64,000 nt of DNA, from contig CM060734.1 of the NCBI GenBank assembly GCA_030704615.1, positions 19,654,001 through 19,718,000 of the forward strand, read 5' to 3'. Of the stretch, positions 54,573-64,000 are shown piece after piece. Position 1 is the first letter of the stretch. Each line of letters opens with the position of its first letter. A program made the translations under genes and the position numbers. Source of the stretch: Takakia lepidozioides. Taxonomy: Eukaryota; Plantae; Bryophyta. Below the pieces are notes generated by a model, which worked only from the letters and a program-made list of their open reading frames with translations, made no database searches and had not been told where the DNA came from.

Positions 54573-55415
54573 TTGTACAAAGCAAACTTAAACCATCGGA
54601 ATCATCCCCCTTTGGCAACTGCAATAGAGTTCTTAAACCCCATGTGGTCCAAGGGGAGTTTGGCCAAATTTGTGGTCTCGGGCATTGCAAGCAACCCGGT
54701 GTTGGCAAGAATATGTCTGGGCCTACATTCATTTCCAAAGCTGACCCTGGACAGTTGCTCACAATTAGACACTGATAATCCCCCAAAAGCTTCATGTGTC
54801 ACTCCAATGGTCTTCAGGAAAGGGAACCCTCCCTTCTTTCTCATTACCTCTGGGAATGCGGAGTGTTTGGAGTCTCTGTGGATTACGAATGACGACATCA
54901 AACACTTCATGCAGGTCTGCCTACCAAAGAGCAATCTAGATCTCATCATCAAAAAGAAAATCTATGATTTTTTTGCGGATCATCTTAAGCACTACTATCT
55001 TTCCAGTCTGACTAATATCTCATGGGGAGCATACAAAGAGGATCATCCTGGGCTCACCTCAAAACCCTCCATGCAAGTATTAGCTCTCATGGAGGAAGCC
55101 AAGGTCTACAACACACCTGCACCGAAAGATGCCTTTTGGGTCAACAAATCCATAATGTCGAGAGTTTGGGGCCGGGGTGCACTACCAACAAGAACAACAA
55201 ATTCACTCAAGAATGCATTCTTGATTCTATATGCAAGGCTGGAAAATGACTTGGCTCAAGAGGAGTACCAACAGGAGCTACAAAGGACCAGGGACTTCAT
55301 CAAAAGAGACAAAGGACACAAATCCCTAGCTCAAGCATCATCATCCTCCAGCCCCTCCATAAAAGTGGTTCCTTCCCTGCCCGGCACAATTTCTGCCAAT
55401 GCCAGGTCAGCCTCG
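54573..55415 (+). CDS. Uncharacterised ORF (probably TE-derived), truncated by the inversion breakpoint
   Basis: 297-codon open frame with protein-like composition. Its last 17 codons are antisense retrotransposon protease, so the native ORF is interrupted at about 55416. No family recognised. Confidence 0.4.
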
Positions 55416-58254
55416 AGCCTTGCCCAGCATAAGTGGCTGAGCTCCCGAGTCAAGCAGTACTCGTAGTAGCTGAAACCTCCTGCCCGCCGGCCCACTCAAA
55501 CAGAAAACACCATCCTGGTTGTCCAACAAAACAACTCCAGGTGTCACCATGGCGCGCTCAATGGCTGGCCTAGCTGGCAGTTACAGCTTGCCATGGCGCA
55601 GCCGTGGCAGTCTTGACCCTCAAATCCGAGGATCCTGCCACCACTGCACCTTCTACTAACTTTGAAGAAGATGAAGTGACATCCCCACTCTCACAGAGTG
55701 TTGCTGCTAGTCTGAACACTGCAGCTGGTCTTACCCCCGGCGTCGCAATCATGGTTGCCGAGAACAGTAGGGCCTGACACACAGAGGTAGTCGCCCCCAA
55801 CAGCACACTTGCTGCACTAGCCTTGGCAGCAGGTGTCGGCGCTGCACGTGTAGCTCTCCCCCATGGCACAATAATCTCCGCCTCGGTATCCGTGGGGCGA
55901 GAACTAGGTGCCATGGATGGCGTCAACATTGTCTCCGCCAATGTGAATGATTGAGGCAGCCTGGCTTGACGGCTTGCCTCCCCACACTGTGGATCTAACT
56001 CCACCTCTGCGCCTCGTGGCTCATGAACTCGTGCTGCTCCTCGAGTCACGGCTGCAGCAGAATCCACCTGTATAAGTGGCCACTCAAGTGTTGCCCCGCA
56101 CATAAATCCCATGTCTCTCATGCCTACCATGTCTCCTCCATCAGGATGACGCTGTTGAGGAGGAACAGGGGATGGACCCTCACGTCTTGGAGCTGGTACC
56201 ACATGAGTTGTGGCCATGGCAGCAAGCCTCTGCTCTAGCTGTTGAAGCCAGTTGGCCATGTTTTGGTCAATGCCCTGACCTCCACGACCTTGGCCATGTT
56301 GTGCTTGGCCTCGTCCTGCACCTCGTGCCTGACCACCTCGTGCTATTTGAGGTGCTCCACCTCGCCCCCGGCCACCATTGTTCCCTTGGAACTGGCCTCG
56401 CCGCAACTCAGGGTGCAAGTCATAACACTGGGCCTCTCTATGCCCATACTTGCCACAATGCCCACACTGCAACTGTGTAGGTTGTGCTTGTGCCAATCCT
56501 TTGCCGCTCTCTGGGCAATCCTTCTTGACATGGGGTCCTCCACATGTCCAACACACCACCCCTAGTTTTTGTTGGCCTGCAAAAGAAGCTACTGGCCTCT
56601 GCATCTGAGGCCCCCTGTAAGCTCCATGGAATTTGGGTTGGGCAACCTTGCCCCTCTGACCACGCTGCGGTACAATGTGCTGCGTTTGTTGGTTGGCAAA
56701 CACACCTCGTGGCATGTCTTTGCCAAACCCAATGGTTATTATACGCTCCTCCACCATGTTGAGCTCAATCCGCTCAGCCAGCAGAAACACATCTGCTAAG
56801 GTGGGTTGGGCCGCTTGTAACAGGGTTGCATCCCGCACCCTTCTCCTGAGCTCCTAGTCCAAAATTCCATACCAGAATTGGATTGCCTGAGCTTCAGTGA
56901 CCCCTTGGGTTACACTTATCAAGCACTTCATACGAGAGTAGGCCTCTCGCAAGCTCTCACTGGACTTGCGTTGGAAGTCTTGCAAACTTCGCAACTTCTC
57001 TGTCCGTACGACTTGGTAGTTCCTCCGCAACGCTTGGAAGAACTCCACCACCGGGTTGAATCTAGGCACATGTGTTGTAGTCGTGGCAGGAGGAATGGTA
57101 GCACCTTTAGAACTGAAGTACCGGCACTACTTGTTCCACTACTAGTGCTGGCAGTGGGAGATATTGGTGCTGATGCAGCTACTAGTCGTGTCGTGCCTCG
57201 AGTAATGGAGACGTAGTCAGGTGACCAATACATCCTCCACTCCTCAATCTCTGCTTCATGTCCTCGCCTGAACTCGTGGTAATCGTCCATAGGCGGGCCT
57301 TCCAAATGCTGGAACAGTCCCTTCCACGCCATGAATGGGGTGAACAGCTGTGGATTGCACATCTGCTGCAAATCACACCAGCTGTCGAACTCCTGGATAA
57401 AGTCATCCAGCTCGATTGTGCCCACAGCTCCTGAGTACCTACGAGGCCCCTTGGTAGCTCCATACATCTCCTCCATGTCGTCCCACAACAATGGCGAAGG
57501 AAACTGCACACCGGTTGATGAAGCCTCTGAGTCTGTATCAGACTCTGCACTGGTTGAGGGTGGAGGTGAAGGTGGTCTGAACCGAACACCTCATCTTGTG
57601 AACCCACTCTCACTGAAACTGCCTGTAGCTGTACTCCCCTCAAAACCCTTGGGTAACTCCGTGATGACACTCACAACCCGCACCTCCCCCACGTAACACT
57701 ATAAGGCTCTAGTACTAATTCTAATAGTGACACGGGTGGGTACCTGTTGCGGTTTAAGGGTCATATCCTAAGGGCACCTGCACCTGCATCCACTGCAAGA
57801 ACTCCTATGGTTGGCTGGTCATCAACCCAGCCTCACCATAGAAGAAACACTGGTGGTCTTGCTGGTCATCACTCTAGCCTCACCACCGACAGCATACTCT
57901 AGGATTGACCGGTGATCAAATCCGGCCTAATCCCTATGAAAGCAAGCGCCCACACAAAACCAACATGGCGCACAGTCAAGCATGCAGGTGTGGAGGGGAT
58001 CCAAACACAAAGAACCAAAACATCAACACCCCCACACCAAAATCCCTCCGCAGTGCTGCTCCTGCAGAATACCCCAGCCCAAAACCCGGACTGACTCTTG
58101 CCTCCACCTATTGAAAGGTTTTGGCCTACTGAGAGGATGGAAAGCTATGGGAAGGAGAGACTAAAGCAATTCCTAACCCCAGCATGCCCTCAACCCGACA
58201 CATAGGTGTGGTGGAAGGGTGTTTTTTAGTCTCACAATTGTGAGCATGGTCACT
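55416..58254 (-). mobile_element. Inverted 5' half of a Ty3/gypsy element: putative LTR/leader, gag and protease N-terminus
   Basis: Minus strand: candidate LTR start TGTCGGG at 58200 and PBS-like TAGTACTAGAGCC (cf. Met-i TGGTATCAGAGC) at 57717-57705. Gag fragments 57509-55570 carry Zn knuckles CWTCGGPHVKKDC and CGHCGKYGHREAQC. The frame then reads ...RVLLDSGAQPLMLGKA (aspartic protease catalytic motif) and ends at 55416. Confidence 0.85.
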
Positions 58255-61200
58255 TTCTGTGGATGTGAAAAGCATGACACGCCATGAGCTGTTCATTAGA
58301 CTGCAGCCGGATCATCCTACAGATGGCTCAGTTACCATTGTGATGGACGCAGTTTCATGTGATGTGTTGGTTGGTGGGGCAGTATTATATCCCATGGGCT
58401 TCACCCTGGATTTTTGGGAGGAGTCGGCCTCGTATAGGCCTGGATGGCAATCAGGAGATGGTCGTCGTGTGCAACTCCCTGTGACATTCATTGGGGGTGT
58501 TGCAGCTGCCCAGCGGGGTAAGATACCGACACTAGCAGCCTTCACAGGTGTAGTGAGTTGGCCTGGAGAGTTGCTAGAAGGCAATGCTCATGCAGAGGAT
58601 GTGCCACCTCCAGCAGAGCAAGATGATATGCATTGTACGGCGGAGTTGCCTACCATGGTTGCTCACAGTCCATTGTGGGGCACGAGCAAAGATTTGCAGT
58701 AGACTGCTGATAGACGGGTGCAACAAGCTTGGGTAGAGGCATTTGTACCGTCACGAGAGGAGGACAGTGCAGTGATTGCACCAGAACCACCTCAGTTGTC
58801 GCCATTGGATACCACACCTATTGTGTGGCAGTGCCTGGATGAAGGCATATGCCTTCTGGACTTGTTTGGCGGGATCAGCACTGGATTGGCTGCAGTGCTG
58901 CAGGCAGGTGTACGAGTTCAACGTTACCTGTATGTGGGGAGGGATGAGACTGCACGACGCGTCTCACTGCGCCATGTTGCTCAGTTGGTGCAGCAGTACC
59001 CTGATTTGTTGCCAGTGTCTGCAGTTCGTGGATACCAGCAAGCCTTGCTAGCAGAGATCTCTTTGCTGGGGGCGCAGGATTTGGAGCGGGTTGGCCTTAT
59101 TCACTTGGTAGTGGCAGGTTGGCCTTGCCAAGGGCATTCATCAGCCGGGCATGGCAATGGGTTACAAGACTCGAGGTCACGCCTGTTTTGGGAGATGTTG
59201 AGGGTCCTGCGCTATTACAGCTTCAGCAAACAGACTCTCCGGCATATATCTTGGAGAATGTGCCATTGATGGGTAATTCTCGAGCCACGGTGATGGCCAG
59301 TGTGCATCAAGTCCGGTCTTGGCTTGGATCGGTAGTGTTGCTGGATGTAGCTGCAGTGGGGTCACGGGCTCATCGCCCACGACTATGGTGGACCAACTTG
59401 ATGCCACCCGCATTGCTCAAGCAGGCTTTTGATGGGGTGCAGCGCCCAGCGCACCTGATAGTTGATAGCATTCTGGACACAGGGAGGCAGTCTCAGCGTG
59501 TGAGACACGATGACCGGTCACCTTTGGCAGTGATCAACAGGATAGGTCAACCACGAGCAGCACTACCTACACTCCTCAGCTTTCCTGGATCTCATGCTTT
59601 CAGGGATAGTGGACCTGGCCTCCTGTGGGATGCTAAGTTGCAGCAGTTAGTGGAGCCCAATGCTGACGAGCGCGAGCAGGCAATGGGTTTTACCACTGGT
59701 ACCACGGCGGTGCCATCTCTTTCTGAGGCATCACGTCGTCAGGTGTTGGGGCAAGCAATGGATCTCAATTCCTTGACCTGGATTATCAGCTTGGCTATGG
59801 CTGAGCAGCGCAGAGTACGAAGTACATTTCCCTTGATGGTCTCACTGCCTACCCAAACGGTACAGGCAGCGAGTGGGGGCAAACAGGTGAGGACCACGAG
59901 GTGCATGCCACATCCATGGCACATGTGGGAGGTGCTCGAGGTTCAGAGGGAGTTGGCAGCCAAGGCGGCGGTGATGGATGAGGTTGGGGATTTTTCTCGG
60001 GTTGAGGAGGTCCTCAAGGATGAGATGATGGGGCAGGATGAGGCATTGTCACTAGCAGAGCAGGTAGTGGTCACTGCTCAAGAGGTTGCAGCATAGCAAC
60101 CACGGGACGCGTCTTCTACTTCTAAGCATGCTGGACTCAAGGTTGCAGTCACGGAGGACAACTGGGAGCCTGATGTTGGACCCATAGTCACCGGAGGAGA
60201 GAGACGACGTATACGACGGTTCTTGAGGGCTTACAAGAACTGCTTTGCCTTCAGTTTAAAGGACTTAGGAGCACTGAAGGGTCAAGAGATTTGCATTGAA
60301 TTAGCCACTGACATGCCAATCTTTCGGAGACCCTATAGATACAGTGACATGGAGAGGTCCTTGATTCAGATGAGGACTCATGACCTCTGGGAGGCTGGTT
60401 TGATGGAGCTATCTAGTGGAGAGTATGCTTCAGCCACAGTGATGCCAACCAAGAAGGATGTTTATGGCATGGACGGAAAGACGTATGTGCGGTGATTACC
60501 GGCCTGTAAATCGTCAGACCAAGTCCGATAGGTATGTCATGTCAACATCAAAGGAGATCTTTGATGCCACTGGGCATGCCAAGGTCCTTAGCACTTTGGA
60601 TTTACGATCCGGATATCACCAGTTGCCGATCAAGGAGGCGGATAAGCAGAAGACGGCATTATGGGGGATCAATGTGCACGGGAAGGATTGCCTATACCAG
60701 TGGCGGTTATTACCATTTTTTTAAGAACGCTCCTGCAAAGTTTCAGAGAGTCATGGACAAGATTCTAGCAGGGGTGGAGTTTGCTCGGTGCTACATAGAT
60801 AACATCATCATCTTTAGTGCTACGGTGGAGGAGCATGAGAGACACCTTCAGGTGGTATTTGAGCGCTTGAGGGCGCACGGATTGAAGTTACATCCGGGGA
60901 AGTGCAAGTTTTTCCACAACCAAATTGAGTATCTGGGTCACATGATATATCCTGGAGGATTGGGGGTACAGCAGACTAAGGTAGAGGCCATTGCACAAAT
61001 TCCACGCCCCACGGATGTGAGCCAAGTTTGAGCTTTCATGGGGTTGACAAACTATTATAGACGGTTTGTCAAGGGATTTAGTGCCATTGCAAAGGCTCTA
61101 ACCAAGCTGACCAAGGTGGACCAGGAGTAGCAATGGGAAGATGAGCAAGAACGAGCTTTTCAAGAGCTCAAGGCAAGGCTGACCTCGGCGCCCATCTTGA

Positions 61201-61700
61201 GATGACCTATCAGGGGGCGTCATTTTCAGCTGCATACAGATTGGAGCATGCTGGGGCTTGGAGCGGTGCCCACACAGGTGGATGATGAGGGAAGAGAGTT
61301 CGTAGTGGCTTATGCTAGCCGCTCGAACAACGCTGTTGAGGCTAAGTATAGCTCATATGAGGGAGAGTGCTTAGCTGTAATGTGGGTCGTGGCACACTTC
61401 AGGTGCTATCTATATGGCAATCTCTTCACCCTTGTCACAGATCACCAGCCACTCAAGTGATTGATGGAGTCAGACAAGCTTACAAGAAAGCTTGCATGGT
61501 GGGCACTCATACTCCAGGAATATGACTTTCAGGTGGTACATCGACCCGGTCTAGTCAATCGGGATACGGATGGGTTGAGTTGCAATCCATGCACGAGCCA
61601 TCAGGATGACACTGGAGCTCGGTGGCATGGTGAGACGGGCAAGATGGTGCCCGGATGGCATACATCTTCATTTCTGTGTATCTTGGCAACGGAAGTCTAG
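58255..61700 (+). mobile_element. 3' part of the same Ty3/gypsy pol: protease C-half, C5 DNA methyltransferase, RT, RNase H (decayed)
   Basis: CDVLVGGAVLYPMGFTLDF (protease C-terminal motif), then the DNMT domain. RT: RRMCGDYRPVN, LDLRSGYHQ, KNAPAKFQRVMD, CYIDNIIIF. RNase H: LHTDWS, YSSYEGECLAV, LVTDHQPLK. Truncated before integrase by the MULE insertion. Confidence 0.93.
58844..59790 (+). pseudogene. Retrotransposon-encoded C5-cytosine DNA methyltransferase domain (DNMT3-like motifs)
   Basis: Motif I LDLFGGI (58856-58876), IV GWPCQG (59117-59134), VI YILENV (59245-59262), VIII AHRPRLWWTN (59368-59397), IX EREQAMGF, X RRQVLGQAMDL, in canonical order. One 1-nt frameshift at about 59215. Confidence 0.92.
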
Positions 61701-62099
61701 GTTGGACCTACAACAGGGCAGCGTAGCTACGGCGTGAGCTCAGCCCCGTGAGCCTGGGAGCTGAGCTCACGTTGTAGCTGCAAAGCGTGAGCGGCACAAA
61801 TCTGCTGGAAGAAGGTCCTATAGGCGAGATTGCAAGAGAATTTTACCGTGGACAAAACAAAGGGGGCCACCATGCACCATGTCTGCAATGCCTGCACAAA
61901 AAGAGGAATATGAAAATATGGCAGAATTGAGCTCAGAATGATTGACACACTTTTTCAATTCACAGATAGACGCTTACAATGAATGGCATGTGCATTTGCC
62001 CTGGTTCCGTGAACGAAATGTATGTGTTTGTCCTAAATGCAAAGTCTTCACACGGTAACCTGGAAACCAGCGTGGGAAGCGGGCATGGCTCGTATGTGT

Positions 62100-64000
62100 T
62101 CAAAGAGAATTTGGCGGAGCCCTACGTGAGGTGTCCCGCTGCAGAAGGGTGATGACTTCTCCGTAGCCTAGTGTGGCTTGGTGAATGAATTGGTCTCTCT
62201 TACCGTCGCAACACATAATTACAAGGTATATGTAATATTGATGCTTGCAGGGGACCCACTTCCCTCTCATGCCGAGAGCGCCCTCACGCATCGTTACAAA
62301 ATCCGGACAAGTGCAAGTAGGGAAATTCCCCACGGTAACCTGATATTCTTTGCCATGAAGAACTGAGCCAATAGACAGCACTGTGTAAATCCGTCCATAC
62401 CCCGGGGCAGGGACTTCGGTGATACGAGCCACCCGAGCCTGCAAAATTCTAGCCGATTCCATCTTGCATTCGTGATCTGCACCCGAAGCGACACGGCGCA
62501 CTGTTTTTCCATCTCTTTTTGTTGGGTGGGAGTCGGCACCGGGTGGAGGCATTGCCGGAGCATGTGGCACATCTGTGCCGACAGTGCACAAGGGCACCAC
62601 CCGGGACCGTGCAAGACAAAACCCTCCCTCCTCCAGCATGCTTATCTCGGTTGTTGACAGCGACGTCCCAAGTTTCACAGGCCAAATTGCGGGGGGGGGG
62701 GGTTTCATTATCACCGAAGGACGAACTGTTCCCTTGACGCATCGTGCCATATCGTCTGGGCAGAACCAGAACTTGTGGTCCTTTGACTCCCCACTATGAT
62801 AAGGTCGGAACAACCCTGTGAATGTTGGAGCTGGAGTCCCCCTGGAGCCTTTGCATATTTTTGATTTGCATTTCTTGAAAGAGGGGGTCCGAATTGCCAT
62901 GCAAGCAACTCTAGATCCTGGTGGGGTGCGTTCTATATGCCACTCACTATCAATGCAATCAGATTCCTGCACCATGGCCACCACCTCCTCCAATGGGATT
63001 CCTGCTGCTGTGCTTGCATGTTCTGCACCTGCTCCACTGGAGGAGGACCCACCTGGGAAGGGGGGCACACGACTTAGTCTGCACTGGAGACACCTTTGGC
63101 ACAGAGAAATTGACCCTGTCTGGGCGATGGGAATCTCCATCTGACCCTGGAAGAGTGTTCAATTTCCTTTTGCATGATCCAAATCTTTCCTCGCCTTCCA
63201 AATGAGGGAGCCTGGATTGCAAAGGGGAGCCTTCAGTGCACCTGTTCAGAGCTCTGGCCATCTTCGATGGGTCTCTACTCGCAGCCCTTAGCATCAACAA
63301 AGTCGTACCGGGGCCCTTGCCTCCACCCCGATCCCATCAGAAAATACCTGTTTGTTGTGTAAGTGCCCGCACCATGTCATCAGCAGTGGCCAATACAAGT
63401 CACGACCTGCTTGGTAGATTGCTGCATCCAGGCGTTGTGAACAGTCTCCGCCAAATTACAGGATGGCATGTCGGCCAAGTCCTCCAAGGACATGTCCTGT
63501 AGGAGGCATTGCATGGAAATGTGAGGACGAAAGAAATGGAAGAGGTTCTGCAAGCGACAATCCAAAACCCCAAATGAACAGGCACGATGCAATTTTGTTT
63601 TTTTGGGATTGAAGAGGCTTACCGTCGTCATGAAAGCTCCCCACTGTTGTACCTGAAGTGCCAGAAACCAACCAGTCCTCCAACTCCTTCAGTGGATACC
63701 AGTAGCAGCACCAGAGGAGAACCACCAAGCCCGGATTGCCTGGTAAGTGCTCTGAGCTTCTCCCATTAAGGTGGCATTTTTGTACTTGAGACAGAGCCTT
63801 CTGTGCTCCAACTGAAGGTCAGGGCGAATGCAGCGCTTTGTATGACGTGCCAGAGATTGACTCCAATGGAAGAGGCATGTGCGCTCCCTATTTCCATTGG
63901 GACCTTAGGATCCCCCGAACCAAACACGCGCCGCACTGCATTGAAATTTGCCTGTGCACTATCAGCAAATGAAGCCCGCAAAATTTGTGTCTGTATTCCA
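62100..64000 (-). mobile_element. Mutator-like (MULE) DDE transposase with C-terminal SWIM zinc finger, frameshifted, continues past window end
   Basis: Minus-strand fragments ADSAQANFNAVRRVFG (second catalytic D region), RTCLFHW (CxxH) and CNLAETVHNAW (catalytic E). ORF 62100-63140 has the SWIM motif YQVTVGNFPTCTCPDF...PCKHQYY. Confidence 0.85.

Noticed and set aside
58718-60096. Bacterial restriction-modification methylase, contamination, or a host DRM/CMT/MET1 gene
   Set aside because: The domain is embedded between gypsy protease and RT within plant DNA. There is no endonuclease partner, no introns, no motif permutation and no BAH/chromo/UBA domain.

Overview
Eukaryotic nuclear DNA from a land plant, most likely a non-seed plant such as a bryophyte or lycophyte. 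This is inferred from GT-AG intron-split plant genes, PLS-class PPR debris and a Tcn1-like chromovirus. There are two apparently intact host genes, both on the minus strand: AMP deaminase (12 exons seen, 10855->282, continuing past the window start) and a 4-exon universal stress protein A-like gene (38001->34543) with ABRE motifs upstream. The rest is pseudogenes (PPR, casein kinase I, a polyamine oxidase exon, an LRR receptor kinase) and nested transposons: an L1 remnant, hAT and CACTA non-autonomous elements, a TTAA-flanked piggyBac-like element, a chromodomain Ty3/gypsy and a SWIM-type Mutator transposase. The most striking feature is a decayed Ty3/gypsy retrotransposon (about 55416-61700) whose pol carries a full-length, now frameshifted, C5-cytosine DNA methyltransferase domain between protease and reverse transcriptase. 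Its LTR-gag-protease 5' half has been inverted. The ~68 bp of protease lost at the inversion breakpoint appears to have been captured about 12.5 kb away inside the LRR-kinase gene.
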